Positions 28,330 to 38,529 are shown, counted from the stretch's first letter. The stretch: 64,000 nt of DNA from Candidatus Anstonellales archaeon (GCA_038890745.1 JAWAFD010000003.1:12442-76441); one strand, 5' to 3'. Notes: a model not told the origin generated them from the letters alone. Program-made: numbers and translations.

Positions 28330-28989
28330 ATGATTAAAACCTACAGCTCTGATACTCGCAAACCTCTTTATGCAAAACTCGAAAATCATCTGAAAAGCAG
28401 AGGCTACGGAAACCCATGGCAAAAATATAAAATACTTACTGATATCGATGAGAATGAAAAAACCAGCATCCTTTTTCTTGGATTGCATGCGGGTATAGAG
28501 CCGGTTTCAGGATTAATTCTTTTGCTTCACAAAAGAATTTCCAATTCAAGGATTTTTATAATAGAATACAGCGAGGATGTGAAGTTGGAGGATAGGTTGA
28601 AGAGCCACGAAACAACAGAAGCACCTTTTATTAGAGAAAAAATGGCAGATGTAGTAGTATCCATCCATACCATGCCAGATGACTGGCTTGAAAGAAAGAT
28701 TGCAGTAGGTGGCTTGCCAAAACAATCCGAACTTAAAAAAATTCTCGCTGAGAAGCTTAGCCAGGCAATTTCTTTAGAGGTGATAATTGCGAACGGTGAA
28801 AATGGGTTTAAAGAGTTTATCGTTCAAGGCCAGAAGAAAACAAACCCAGTTAACTATGCTGCAATAAGGGAAGGGGTTCAGATAGAGTTTCCTTACTTCC
28901 TTCTAAAAGACGGGGCGCATGATGAGAGTATAGCAACCGGAATAATAGATTCATTGTTGAATTATTTTCATCTGTGCTCCCATTTATAG
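28330..28989 (+). CDS. PghP/DUF867-like gamma-glutamyl hydrolase-family zinc peptidase (tentative)
   Basis: 219 aa. LGLHAGIEPVSG resembles the HGGxIExGT zinc-binding motif of poly-gamma-glutamate hydrolase family proteins, from memory. Otherwise hypothetical. Confidence 0.3.
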   Translation: MIKTYSSDTRKPLYAKLENHLKSRGYGNPWQKYKILTDIDENEKTSILFLGLHAGIEPVSGLILLLHKRISNSRIFIIEYSEDVKLEDRLKSHETTEAPFIREKMADVVVSIHTMPDDWLERKIAVGGLPKQSELKKILAEKLSQAISLEVIIANGENGFKEFIVQGQKKTNPVNYAAIREGVQIEFPYFLLKDGAHDESIATGIIDSLLNYFHLCSHL

Positions 28990-29459
28990 GTTCCACTGTA
29001 CCCTTCCCCTGTTTTCTCAACCAATCTTACGAAAATCATCTGCCCTATCTTTGCATTCCTCTTCAGCATTATCCCCTTTTTGTTATGCACAGTAAGGAGC
29101 ATCTCCCCTCTTCCTTCATACCCAGGGTCCCATACAGCAGTATGTAATGTTGCGCCGCACCTAAGTAAAGAAGAGCGAGGAAAAACAAGCGCCATCATAT
29201 CCTGCGGAATTTTTATGTATTCGTTGAAGCTTACCTTATACGCTCCCTGTTTTAGTTTTATCCACCCATTCTTTCCAAAATTCAATTCCTTGCATTCGCT
29301 TATTTTTCTCTCAGAGTTGTCAAAATCAACCTTCCCCATTCCTTTAAAACTAAAAATTTTTTTCAAAGTCAGGTCTACTCCTGCTGGCTGAAACTGTTCA
29401 TTGCTCAAAAAATCAGAAACAAGAGAGGAAGAGATCAGATGCTCTTTTGGGAGAATCAT
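28968..29459 (-). CDS. dCTP deaminase/dUTPase-family protein
   Basis: 163 aa. PAGVDLTL, RSSLLRCG, DPGYEG motifs of the Dcd/Dut beta-barrel family. Confidence 0.75.
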   Translation of the reverse strand: MILPKEHLISSSLVSDFLSNEQFQPAGVDLTLKKIFSFKGMGKVDFDNSERKISECKELNFGKNGWIKLKQGAYKVSFNEYIKIPQDMMALVFPRSSLLRCGATLHTAVWDPGYEGRGEMLLTVHNKKGIMLKRNAKIGQMIFVRLVEKTGEGYSGTYKWEHR

Positions 29460-29885
29460 CTATTCGACCCTTGGGTTTACGTTTGGAAAATGCAGTTTTA
29501 TCTCAAACTCAGCAGTGGAGGAAGCGTCGCTTGCGTGCACAGCATTATGCCCTACATCCGTTCCAAACCTTGCCCTTATCGTTCCTGGCTCTGCTTTTTT
29601 AGGGTCTGTTGCACCAACCAATTTTCTAAGGTCAGCGATCGCGTTTTCCTTCTCAAGAACAAACATCACAACCTTTCCAGAGGTTATGTAGTTTATAAGG
29701 TCGTCATAGAATGGCTTCCCCTTATGAATTTCATAATGTTTTTCCGCTATGGCTCTTTTTATTTTTGTGTTCTTCTCCGCCACTATATTAAAACCCGCAT
29801 CCGTGATCATTTTCTTTATTTCTCTAACCTTCTCATCATCGCAAGCAACCTCTGGTTTTATCATAAAAAAAGTCCTTTCCTTCAC
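29460..29885 (-). CDS. ndk: Nucleoside diphosphate kinase
   Basis: 141 aa. FFMIKPE, active-site NAVHASD. Confidence 0.9.
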   Translation of the reverse strand: MKERTFFMIKPEVACDDEKVREIKKMITDAGFNIVAEKNTKIKRAIAEKHYEIHKGKPFYDDLINYITSGKVVMFVLEKENAIADLRKLVGATDPKKAEPGTIRARFGTDVGHNAVHASDASSTAEFEIKLHFPNVNPRVE

Positions 29886-29895
29886 AACCTTCCCC

Positions 29896-30123
29896 TCATT
29901 TTTTCTTTTCTTCGCTTTTCTCCTCTTTTTCGCCTGTTTTTTTTGTCTCTTCCCTAAACCTTCTGAATTTCTCTGTCCACTTGCTCTTCCTTCCCTCTCT
30001 CTTAAGCTTTAGCGAATTCTTTTTGCACTTATCCGAGCAGAAATAGTATGTTGTTCCATCAGCCTTTACGAACATCAGCCCTCTCCCTTTTGGGATCTCC
30101 CTTCCGCAGAAGTAGCATTCCAT
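29896..30123 (-). CDS. rpl24e: 50S ribosomal protein L24e
   Basis: 75 aa. CYFCGREIPKGRG...DGTTYYFCSDKC zinc-ribbon typical of L24e. Lys/Glu-rich tail. Confidence 0.85.
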   Translation of the reverse strand: MECYFCGREIPKGRGLMFVKADGTTYYFCSDKCKKNSLKLKREGRKSKWTEKFRRFREETKKTGEKEEKSEEKKK

Positions 30124-30127
30124 CTCC

Positions 30128-30352
30128 TCACCTTTTCGGCTTTATTTCCTTGGCTTCCCTTTCTGTTTCCATAAGCATTATTATCATTCCAGGTCTTACG
30201 GGCCCTTTAAGATTCCTAAGTATCACCCTTCCTGCATCCTTTCCTTCAAGGATTTTTACTAAGCACTGGTATATCTCACCGTAAACGCCCGTCTTTCTAG
30301 GTCTTACTTCTACTATCTCCGCAGCAAATCCTTTCTCTTCCTCAGCCATCAC
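30128..30352 (-). CDS. rps28e: 30S ribosomal protein S28e
   Basis: 74 aa. AEIVEV..RTGVYGEI.Q..VKIL...GRVILRNLKGPVR.G...L.ETEREA. Confidence 0.85.
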   Translation of the reverse strand: MMAEEEKGFAAEIVEVRPRKTGVYGEIYQCLVKILEGKDAGRVILRNLKGPVRPGMIIMLMETEREAKEIKPKR

Positions 30353-30729
30353 TTTTCACCCTTTTTCTTCGCCTCATGCTTCGGCAGTCTTTTTACAATG
30401 TCTTGCAAAATCTCGGCACCGCTTCCAGGATCCTCTACAGCAACGCTACTCGTCCCGACCTTCAGCCCTGCAGCTTCCCCAAGCTGTTTTTTTGTCTTTA
30501 CATATAGGTATGGAATCCCCATCTCCTCGCACAGGCCAGGAAGGTGCATGGCTATTTCTGGAGGGCTTACATCCTCAGCAATCACAACAAGCTTTGCCGC
30601 TTTCCTCTCGATGCTTTTTGTAGCTTCATTTATTCCTTTCCTTACTTTTCCAGTATCCTTGGCAACGCTTATCAGCTCTATTGCCATCTTCCTTACTTCC
30701 TCTGGTGTTTCAAACTTTACATAACTCAT
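30349..30729 (-). CDS. rpl7ae: 50S ribosomal protein L7Ae (K-turn binding)
   Basis: 126 aa. GKVRKGINEATKSIERKAAKLVVIAEDVSPPEI...GIPYLYVKTKKQLGEAAG. Canonical L7Ae-S28e-L24e-NDK operon order. Confidence 0.9.
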   Translation of the reverse strand: MSYVKFETPEEVRKMAIELISVAKDTGKVRKGINEATKSIERKAAKLVVIAEDVSPPEIAMHLPGLCEEMGIPYLYVKTKKQLGEAAGLKVGTSSVAVEDPGSGAEILQDIVKRLPKHEAKKKGEK

Positions 30730-30760
30730 ATTTTCACCTCGCTTCAGCTCATAGGCTCAT

Positions 30761-31822
30761 TTAGGTTTTTCTTTTTAGTGGCTCAGGATTTTTAAAGGTT
30801 TGCGTATCGGATGCCGGCATATTTTTGTCGAAAATAGCGCGTTTTATATCTTCAGTACCAAAATGCAGTGCAAAATTCTCTATCCTTTGCTTCATTTTTT
30901 CGCTCTTCCTCATTTCGTAATAAGATATCAGCACTTTTGGATCATTTTTAATAATATGATTTATACCTTCGGCAAGTAGACACCTCTTTTCTTCCCCTCC
31001 TTTTTCCAAGCCTTTAAACAAGACATTCAGCACCCTATTCTTTGACCCATTTTCAAACAGGGTGCGCACGATGGTAAAAAATCTTTCCGCTTCCATTCTT
31101 TTCTTGCACACATCTATGCTGCTTGTACAAATTACATAAAATACAAATTCGTAAAAATGAGCATAGCGTTCTATGATTCTCAAGTCATTATTTTTCACCG
31201 CCCTTTCAGCCAGCATCCGCAAATATCCGCGCAGTACATTTTTCGGTATGATCTCCGCAGCATTCCTTTTACCATTTTTGTGGAAATATTCTTTTTTGTC
31301 TACCCTCTCTTCTAAGAGGCGAACTTCCTCCTCTTTTGCCGCTCTGTCCAGAATATACTTAAAGAGGATTTTTGCTCCTGGTAGTTTGAGTTTTTCTTCG
31401 TATTCTTCATACCGACTGGTCTGCGCGTTATACCGTTCAGAATAAGCAGACGCATCACGCTCGACATACTTGCCCACAAAAATAATATCGGCCATATCCA
31501 GTATACTAAATAAAAAGTCTAATTCCTCTTTATTCCATTTTAACTTTTTCTTCTCACAGTTGTTTATGCTAAAAATAACTTTTCTCGTTATTTCAGGAGC
31601 GATATACCCAACCTTTTTTTCAGCCAGTTTTTTTAATCCTTCCTTTGCTCTATTTACTTTTTCCCTGTCCTCACAAAAAATGATGTATTCTATCAGCTCC
31701 CTTGCTGCAGCGATTATGGAGAAGCCATTTCTACATTCTTCTAAGAGTTCTTCTATTTTAATATCTCCGTGGATATACGTTCTAGCTAATTTTCGATATT
31801 CTGCCATTTCTGCACTTACCAT
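30761..31822 (-). CDS. Hypothetical alpha-helical protein
   Basis: 353 aa, no recognisable motif. Confidence 0.35.
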   Translation of the reverse strand: MVSAEMAEYRKLARTYIHGDIKIEELLEECRNGFSIIAAARELIEYIIFCEDREKVNRAKEGLKKLAEKKVGYIAPEITRKVIFSINNCEKKKLKWNKEELDFLFSILDMADIIFVGKYVERDASAYSERYNAQTSRYEEYEEKLKLPGAKILFKYILDRAAKEEEVRLLEERVDKKEYFHKNGKRNAAEIIPKNVLRGYLRMLAERAVKNNDLRIIERYAHFYEFVFYVICTSSIDVCKKRMEAERFFTIVRTLFENGSKNRVLNVLFKGLEKGGEEKRCLLAEGINHIIKNDPKVLISYYEMRKSEKMKQRIENFALHFGTEDIKRAIFDKNMPASDTQTFKNPEPLKRKT

Positions 31823-31877
31823 ACTGCTACACTATACAAAACATTTTTTAAACATATTGCAAAACAATAAAAATTCT

Positions 31878-32816
31878 ATGAATGAAAATAAGGGCATGCG
31901 CATTCTACTGCAGTTCCCAGAAGGGTTGAAGCAGTACGCCATGCAGAAAGCAGAGGAGCTTGAGAGCCAAGGCCATGAGGTTTTTCTCTCCTCCTCAAAC
32001 TCCTATGGTGCATGCGATATCGCGATAGAGGAGGCAAAGGCTATAGGGGCAGATAAGATCATACATTATGGTCATGCTCCATTTCCGCTAAACGTAAAAT
32101 TAGACATACCTGTTGAGTTTGATGAATGGAGAATGGATTTTGATGTTTCTGGTTTGGAGATCGCTGTTAATGAATTCAGAAAAAGAAAAATAAGAACTAT
32201 TGCGTTAGGCACGACCGTTCAGTATGTTCATAAACTAGAAGAGGTCAAGAAGTTTTTTGAAAAGAATGGGATAGAGGCCAGCTACAAAAAAGGAAGCAAA
32301 ACTTACTACCCTGGTCAGGTTTTAGGATGCGATGCCGGTGCGGTTGATATCGAAAGCGATGGGATTTTATTTGTAGGGGACGGGATGTTTCATGCTCTAG
32401 CCATAGCCTCTCTTAATGTTGATAAACCCGTGTTTCTATTCCATCCAAAAGGAAAAACGCTTAAACAAATAAATGATGAAATAGAAAAGCTCAGAAAAAG
32501 AAGAAAAGGATCAATAATAAAAGCAGTTGATTGCAAGAGTTTTGGCATCCTCCTATCCACAAAACCAGGTCAGTTCAACCCTGAGGTTGCAAAATGGATG
32601 AAAAAAGAGCTTGAAAAAAGAGGAAGAAAAGCTCAGATAATAGTTTCAAACGAATTCGAGCCATATGCGCTGAATGATTTTCTTGTTTTCGATTGCTATG
32701 TTTCCTCTGCCTGCCCAAGGATAGCAGAGGATTATAAAGAGTTTGAAAAGCCGGTTTTGAACATAAACATGTTTAACGAGCTTTTGAGAATTTTGGATGA
32801 ACTAGCCAAACAATAG
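31878..32816 (+). CDS. dph2: Diphthamide biosynthesis enzyme Dph2 (2-(3-amino-3-carboxypropyl)histidine synthase)
   Basis: ~312 aa from MNENKGMRIL. Three-domain Dph2-like sequence with conserved Cys positions (YGACDI, LGCDAGAV, CYVSSACP). The upstream in-frame extension to 31470 overlaps the opposite-strand gene and was rejected. Confidence 0.65.
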   Translation: MNENKGMRILLQFPEGLKQYAMQKAEELESQGHEVFLSSSNSYGACDIAIEEAKAIGADKIIHYGHAPFPLNVKLDIPVEFDEWRMDFDVSGLEIAVNEFRKRKIRTIALGTTVQYVHKLEEVKKFFEKNGIEASYKKGSKTYYPGQVLGCDAGAVDIESDGILFVGDGMFHALAIASLNVDKPVFLFHPKGKTLKQINDEIEKLRKRRKGSIIKAVDCKSFGILLSTKPGQFNPEVAKWMKKELEKRGRKAQIIVSNEFEPYALNDFLVFDCYVSSACPRIAEDYKEFEKPVLNINMFNELLRILDELAKQ

Positions 32817-33182
32817 ATCCTCAATTCTGTATGCAACGTTTGCAGCTTTTTCAAATGTTATCCCGTAGTTTATTTTTTTCTTTTCAAAAGCAGGAAGGGG
32901 AATAAAAAACCAACCAAGGTGTGATTTTTTCCACGCAACATAAACCTGCATTAGTGAATTCTCCTGCCATCTCATCAAATCCTCAAACTGTTTCTTTTCA
33001 ATTGTTAGAACAGATTTTTCCTGAGCCTTGCACTCTATCGCGTACTCCTTCCCTTTTTTTATTGCAATAATATCCGGCCCTTCGAAACCAGAGCCTGCTG
33101 CCCTTACAACAATAAACCCATGCTGTTTGAATTTATTAACCAACTCTCTCTCTGCCCTGCTTCCCTTTCCGTACCACCACAT
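32802..33182 (-). CDS. hjc: Holliday junction resolvase Hjc
   Basis: 126 aa. KGSRAERELVNKFKQHGFIVVRAAGSG...PDIIAIKKGKEYAIECKA, the canonical archaeal Hjc PD-(D/E)xK pattern. Confidence 0.8.
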   Translation of the reverse strand: MWWYGKGSRAERELVNKFKQHGFIVVRAAGSGFEGPDIIAIKKGKEYAIECKAQEKSVLTIEKKQFEDLMRWQENSLMQVYVAWKKSHLGWFFIPLPAFEKKKINYGITFEKAANVAYRIEDLLFG

Positions 33183-33258
33183 ACTATTCCATTTCCCTGA
33201 AAACCATTAAAAACATAGTAGAATGAGAAAGTGAAAAAATAAAAAGAATGAATTTGTT

Positions 33259-33948
33259 CTATTGCGCTGCGATTGCCTGCTCGCACTGCGCTCTGGCCTC
33301 TGGGTCTTCTATGCTCGCGCATATGTTGCCCAACATCTCTTTTACATTACAAACCTTGCCCGGGGTTGCGAATCTCTCCTCCCCAAACATGGCAGGCTCG
33401 CATTTGTATGTGTATTCGTATCCAAGGTCTTTGTATGTTGCTCCAACTGTTTCCTCCTCATTGATTTCGTACTCCTTTGCCTCTTCCTTTGGATAGTAAA
33501 GCCAGTCGCAGTTTTGATACATCCCAACTTTCATTTCTGGTGTCATCTGTAGATATGCCTCCTCATTCTTCATTATAACCGTAGTTGAGACTTTTCCATC
33601 AGGATTGGTTTGCTGGCTTTCCATTCTGATATTTTTGTTTAGGATATAGTAAACCGCACTTCCGCTTATTCCTTCCCGCGCAGATCTGTATGTGAATGTG
33701 CATTTTATGGGAGCACCCAATTTCATCAACGCGCCCATAGCCATTTCATCGTAGTTTTGAGCCTGTTCTTGTTCTTTTTCTTGCTCCTGAGTTTGCTGCT
33801 GGGTTTTTTGTTGCTCTCCACCACCTTGCTGTTTTCCTCCCTCTGCTTGTGTTCCTGTTTTTTCTCCACCACCCTTTCCCGGTAGTTGGATGCATCCTGC
33901 GAGAAGAAGCATACCAACTATTGCAACTACTATAAGTAATTTATTCAT
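33259..33948 (-). CDS. Secreted lipoprotein-like protein with Gly/Gln-rich low-complexity region
   Basis: 229 aa. Signal peptide + lipobox-like LLAGC. GGGEKTGTQAEGGKQQGGGEQQKTQQQTQEQEKEQEQ linker. Cys-containing C-terminal domain. Confidence 0.45.
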   Translation of the reverse strand: MNKLLIVVAIVGMLLLAGCIQLPGKGGGEKTGTQAEGGKQQGGGEQQKTQQQTQEQEKEQEQAQNYDEMAMGALMKLGAPIKCTFTYRSAREGISGSAVYYILNKNIRMESQQTNPDGKVSTTVIMKNEEAYLQMTPEMKVGMYQNCDWLYYPKEEAKEYEINEEETVGATYKDLGYEYTYKCEPAMFGEERFATPGKVCNVKEMLGNICASIEDPEARAQCEQAIAAQ

Positions 33949-33986
33949 CGTCCCACCGCTTATTCATCTTCAAAAAACTTTATAAA

Positions 33987-34877
33987 CTAACCTATCTTTG
34001 AATAAAAACTCCTATACCCTGCTTTTTTTATCGCAGAGGATATTTTCTTTGCTTTTTCCTCATTTTCAGCAAGCGCAATAGCGCATCCTCCTCCACCAGC
34101 GCCCGTAAGCTTTGCACCGAGCGCCCCATTTTTATTAGCAACGGAGATTATTTCTTCCAGCTCCTTTGTTGAAACACCTATCTCTCTCAAAAGAATTTGA
34201 TTTTCATCCATAAGCTTCCCAACTTTCTTTAAGTCTCCTTTTCCAAGTGCATCCAAAGCATTTTTGGATATTTGAGCATATTTTTTCAAAACATTCGAAA
34301 ACCATTTTTCGTTCTCCTCCTTTCTCTTTCTCACCATCCCAACAAGCTCTTTTGTAATCCCCTGCTTCCCGCTTATCCCAATCACTATATAAAACGGTTT
34401 TTTTATTCTCAGCCGCTTTATTACATTCCCGCCCTCTCTTTTTGTGAATACAATAACCCCCCCGTAGGTCGCTGCGGTGTTGTCTATTCCAGAAGGGGTC
34501 CCATGAAATATTCTTTCACTTTCATATGCTGCATCACATATCTTTTTTTCGCTTTTCCCTAGGTCAAACTCATTATCTATCGCTCTTGCGATCGCAACCG
34601 CAAGCGCTGCAGAGCTTCCCAACCCTCCGCCCGCTGGAAGCTCAGAATGCACATTTTTTATCCTCACTCCCGCATCCACACCGAGCGCCCTTTTTATGGC
34701 TTTCAATGATTCCATTCTTTCTCTTTTGTATTCGTTTGTGGCCACCTCATCCTCATCGGACTTTTCAACTTCTACTTCAATTCCCTTTTCCAGCCCAGCA
34801 ACTATCCCGGTTTTTCCGTATACTACAAAATGCTCACCGAAAAGTATTGTCTTTCCAAACCCCTTTCCCTTCGCCAT
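33987..34877 (-). CDS. mvk: Mevalonate kinase (GHMP kinase family)
   Basis: 296 aa. N-terminal GKTILFGEHFVVYG. GHMP ATP-binding motif LPAGGGLGSSAALAVA. Confidence 0.7.
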   Translation of the reverse strand: MAKGKGFGKTILFGEHFVVYGKTGIVAGLEKGIEVEVEKSDEDEVATNEYKRERMESLKAIKRALGVDAGVRIKNVHSELPAGGGLGSSAALAVAIARAIDNEFDLGKSEKKICDAAYESERIFHGTPSGIDNTAATYGGVIVFTKREGGNVIKRLRIKKPFYIVIGISGKQGITKELVGMVRKRKEENEKWFSNVLKKYAQISKNALDALGKGDLKKVGKLMDENQILLREIGVSTKELEEIISVANKNGALGAKLTGAGGGGCAIALAENEEKAKKISSAIKKAGYRSFYSKIG

Positions 34878-34928
34878 GCTTAAATTTTTACCTATTCATT
34901 TTTAAACATTGCTGAGTGCAAAAAGAGT

Positions 34929-35576
34929 GTGAACTTTCCAAACCTGCTCGCAACCATGGAAAAGGAGGCGAGAAAAAGAAATGCACCGGTGTACAGGTTC
35001 TCAAGACTCGCAAGAAACAATTTTCAGATTCTGCTCTCAGCCATCCTCTCAACAAGAACAAAGGATGAGACAACGATTAAGGTTTGCGAAAAGCTTTTCA
35101 AAAAAATAAAAACCCCTCAGGATGTTTTGCGAATGGGAGAAAAAATAATTCGCAGGGAGATATATGGAATTGGCTTTTACAAAAACAAATCAAAACTAAT
35201 CGTAAGATGCGCAAAAATTTTAGTAGAAAAGTACGATGGAAAAATCCCAAAAACAAAAGAAGAGCTGATGAAACTCCCGGGCGTTGGGAGAAAAGTTGCA
35301 AATGTTGTTCTAGTTCATGCATTCAACAAAAAAGCCATCCCTGTTGATGTTCATGTGCATAGAATAAGCAATCGGTTGGGGATAGTTAAAACAAAAACTC
35401 CAGAACAAACCGAAAGAGAGCTGGAAAAGATCGTTCCAAAAAGGTTATGGAGAAAACTTAACACCACTTTTGTCGCCTATGGTCAAACCATATGCCTTCC
35501 TAAAAACCCAAAATGCAAACAGTGTAGGTTAAGAGAGGGTTGCATGTATTACCGCTCAAAAAAACAAACTTTTTAA
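34929..35576 (+). CDS. nth: Endonuclease III (HhH-GPD DNA glycosylase with 4Fe-4S cluster)
   Basis: 215 aa. HhH LPGVGRKVANVV. Catalytic Lys/Asp region. C-x6-C-x2-C-x5-C cluster CLPKNPKCKQCRLREGC. Confidence 0.85.
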   Translation: MNFPNLLATMEKEARKRNAPVYRFSRLARNNFQILLSAILSTRTKDETTIKVCEKLFKKIKTPQDVLRMGEKIIRREIYGIGFYKNKSKLIVRCAKILVEKYDGKIPKTKEELMKLPGVGRKVANVVLVHAFNKKAIPVDVHVHRISNRLGIVKTKTPEQTERELEKIVPKRLWRKLNTTFVAYGQTICLPKNPKCKQCRLREGCMYYRSKKQTF

Positions 35577-35582
35577 TACTTT

Positions 35583-37064
35583 TTGTACCAAAAAATTAGT
35601 GGTGAAATTATGCGAGATGGGGGGATTAAGAAGTTTCCTATGGTAGAGGAGATGATGGGAACAGATGGCGGGGAGATCGGCTGGTTTGGAGGAGAGGGGA
35701 AGAAGGTTGTAAGGATTGTGTATTGGAATGGAGAGTTTATACCTGTAGAAAAAGCATTCGTTCATCCTCTAAACCAAGGAATTCAGTACTCTCATGCATT
35801 CTTTGAAGGTCAGAGGTTTTATAGAATGAGTGATGGAACATGGGTTTCATTTAGATACCCAGAGCATTTTGCCAGATTTATAGCAAGCTACTGGGCGATA
35901 AAAGGATACGATGTTTTGGAAAACATAGTAAAAACCGTAAACACGAAACACAAGAGCATTGTTGTTGAGACGCCTTCGGTTGAGATGCTTTATAGGGAAG
36001 CAAGGAAGGCTTACGAAGAAGGAAAAAACCCGTACATAGCTACCATAAAATGCGCAGACCTTTCTGTCGCGCATGGAATTTCAGAAGGGTTAGAAAAGGT
36101 ATCGGTACACCCAAATATTAGTATTTTCGCAGAATGTGTGAATGGAAAAGAGAAGGTTAGGTTATCTATACGCATCCCTCTGGTTATGTATGCAGATGGT
36201 AGGGTGTACACTATCGCAGGTTTGATGGAGCTTACAAAACAACTTTTTGCACTAAATAACCTCCATATGCTAGATGCGGACAGTTTCTACTATAGACCTT
36301 TCGCAACAATCTCAAACTCTCAATTAAAGCTTCAAACCTTCGGAAAGGAGGTTGTCCTTGGGTTGTTCCCGCTTGCATGGGGCCCATACTTGGGAAAGGG
36401 AGAGGTAAATGTAGTTGTTGTTCCATGGAAAAGAATAAACCCAGAACAGTTTAAGACATACGCAAAGATGGCAGGCCATTACACAAACTCTGTTCTCTCA
36501 GCGAACCTCGCGAGAGCGTTTGGTTTTACAGAAGGAATAATGCTCGATAAAGACGGGAACATCGCAGAAGGCTCTGCCATGAACCTTTTTATAGTTAAGA
36601 ATGGAATTGTGTATACCCCGCCTCTTGAGGTAGGAATCCTCCCAGGGATCACAAGGGATTCTGTAATAAACCTCTTGGGGTTTATAGGCATAGAAGTTGT
36701 GGAGAAAAATCTTACCATAGATGACCTTTTATCAGCAGACGCAGCATTCTTTACAGGAACAGCGGCAGAGGTGATGCCGTTAGACAGCATCTCAGTTCCC
36801 AAAAGATTTGAGAAGATGAGGGAGTATGATGGAATATTCTCTCCGAGCGGTAAAGAAATAAAGTTAAGAGCATTAAGATTTACTCGGGTTAAGTTTAGTG
36901 ATGAAAATAAAAGAATAGCAAGAGAAGTGAGAAAAGCGTTCTTTGATATTTTCCAGTACGGGAGCGAAACAAATAAAGAATTCGGAGAAAAGTGGTTGCA
37001 GAAAATGCCGGACGGTAAAGATAAACAAAAATCTGTGAGACGGGCGCTTGTTAGCAGAGTTTAG
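35583..37064 (+). CDS. Class IV PLP-dependent aminotransferase (branched-chain/D-amino-acid aminotransferase family) with ~150-aa internal/N-terminal extra sequence
   Basis: 493 aa. N-terminal YWNGEFIPVEKAFVHPLNQGIQYSHAFFEG. C-terminal GNIAEGSAMNLFIVKNGIVYTP, GILPGITRD, FFTGTAAEV typical of fold-type IV. Longer than canonical ~300 aa. Confidence 0.6.
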   Translation: MYQKISGEIMRDGGIKKFPMVEEMMGTDGGEIGWFGGEGKKVVRIVYWNGEFIPVEKAFVHPLNQGIQYSHAFFEGQRFYRMSDGTWVSFRYPEHFARFIASYWAIKGYDVLENIVKTVNTKHKSIVVETPSVEMLYREARKAYEEGKNPYIATIKCADLSVAHGISEGLEKVSVHPNISIFAECVNGKEKVRLSIRIPLVMYADGRVYTIAGLMELTKQLFALNNLHMLDADSFYYRPFATISNSQLKLQTFGKEVVLGLFPLAWGPYLGKGEVNVVVVPWKRINPEQFKTYAKMAGHYTNSVLSANLARAFGFTEGIMLDKDGNIAEGSAMNLFIVKNGIVYTPPLEVGILPGITRDSVINLLGFIGIEVVEKNLTIDDLLSADAAFFTGTAAEVMPLDSISVPKRFEKMREYDGIFSPSGKEIKLRALRFTRVKFSDENKRIAREVRKAFFDIFQYGSETNKEFGEKWLQKMPDGKDKQKSVRRALVSRV

Positions 37065-37108
37065 AAACCTTTATTTAACTTTTCTTTTTTATTATACGCG
37101 GTGAGCAC

Positions 37109-37690
37109 ATGATAGAGTGGCTTTTGGCAGGAGGGTTTGCCGTTGTTTTACTTGTTCTGATGTTTGTTGGTTTGCTGATACTAGCCTATGTTATATATGT
37201 TTACAACAAACTCGTAAAACTTGACCAGAACATAAAGAATGCTTTTGCGCAGATAAGCGTTCAGTTGAAGATGAGGGCAGACCTTGTTCCGAACCTTGTT
37301 GAAACAGTTAAAGGATATGCAAAGCATGAGAAAACTGTTTTTGAGAATGTAACAAAGGCAAGGGCTGCGATAATGAAGGCGAAAACGCCAGCAGAGATGG
37401 CAAAGGCGGATAACATGCTCACCGGTGCGCTCAAATCCCTTTTTGCTGTTGCAGAGAATTACCCAAGGCTTCAGGCAAACCAAAACTTTTTACAATTGCA
37501 GGAGAAATTGGGAGAGCTTGAGCAAAAGATTGCGTACGCAAGGCAGTCATACAACGATACGATCACAATGTACAATCGCCTCGTCCTCTATTTCCCGAGC
37601 AACATAATCGCGAACATGCTCGGGCATAAGGAAAAGGAATATTTTGAGGTTGGTGAAAAAGAAAGAGCAGCCCCAAAGGTTAAGTTTTGA
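37109..37690 (+). CDS. lemA: LemA family membrane protein
   Basis: 193 aa. N-terminal TM, then the LemA consensus ([41 protein letters not shown]...[12 protein letters not shown]). Confidence 0.8.
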   Translation: MIEWLLAGGFAVVLLVLMFVGLLILAYVIYVYNKLVKLDQNIKNAFAQISVQLKMRADLVPNLVETVKGYAKHEKTVFENVTKARAAIMKAKTPAEMAKADNMLTGALKSLFAVAENYPRLQANQNFLQLQEKLGELEQKIAYARQSYNDTITMYNRLVLYFPSNIIANMLGHKEKEYFEVGEKERAAPKVKF

Positions 37691-37692
37691 TT

Positions 37693-38481
37693 TTATCCCT
37701 TTGGTATTCTTCCTTTTGGTTTTTTAACTTTTAAATCAGGATAGGCTTTTTCAAGCATCGCGAGCGTAGGATAGGGTAGAATGCCATAGGCCTCAAAAAC
37801 AGCATTCACGTTTGCGGCCGTTTGCTTTTCATCCCCGCCCCCAGCCTCCTTCAGCATCCCAATTAAATTTTTCATGCTTTTTCCCCTGCTCGTTTTTATG
37901 TTTGAAGATACCCTTGCAAACTGGAATGCTTTCGGAACTATTGTTGTGCAGATATTCGCTAAGATCCCACCTATCTCATACTCCTCAGACCCAGGAATGG
38001 TTAGTTTTTTTATCGCAACCCATTCCTTATACTTCCCTATAAAAACAATCTGGTCATCGGGTTCTTTTGGTTTTGCGTCTATTCTGTATTCATCCAGCAT
38101 TTTTGCAGTTAATCTATAAGGAACATTGAACGCATTTAGAATTTTATTAAAAAAATAGCTTTCTGCAGCAGGCCTAAGCTCCTTTTTTTCTCCGCACGCT
38201 TTTTCAAAAACATCCCCTGCTTTAAACTTTTCAAAAAAACCAACTAACTCGCCTATCCCATTTCCTTTTGCATCCTTTATTTTTTCATCAATAAATTTTG
38301 TATCCAACCCACAATGGATGTACGCTTTCCCTTCTATTTCATCAGCAATTTTTGCAAGCGCATACGCGACATTTTCTTCTCTCTTTCCTTCAAGCTCAAA
38401 AACATACCCAAATCTCCAACCACCGTATGCGCCCCAACTCTCTATCGAGTCCGCAATCATAAAACCACTTTTTTGCTTCAC
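37693..38481 (-). CDS. Hypothetical protein (convergent neighbour of LemA)
   Basis: 262 aa, no recognisable motifs. Confidence 0.35.
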   Translation of the reverse strand: MKQKSGFMIADSIESWGAYGGWRFGYVFELEGKREENVAYALAKIADEIEGKAYIHCGLDTKFIDEKIKDAKGNGIGELVGFFEKFKAGDVFEKACGEKKELRPAAESYFFNKILNAFNVPYRLTAKMLDEYRIDAKPKEPDDQIVFIGKYKEWVAIKKLTIPGSEEYEIGGILANICTTIVPKAFQFARVSSNIKTSRGKSMKNLIGMLKEAGGGDEKQTAANVNAVFEAYGILPYPTLAMLEKAYPDLKVKKPKGRIPKG

Positions 38482-38529
38482 ATGAAAATACTTAAATATT
38501 TTTCCATTGTAGTACTTTAAACGGGTTGT

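Noticed and set aside
31470-31877. N-terminal 136-codon in-frame extension of the Dph2 ORF
   Set aside because: Overlaps the 3' part of the opposite-strand gene 30761..31822. Hydrophobic/low-complexity translation. Dph2 homology starts at MNENKGMRIL (31878).
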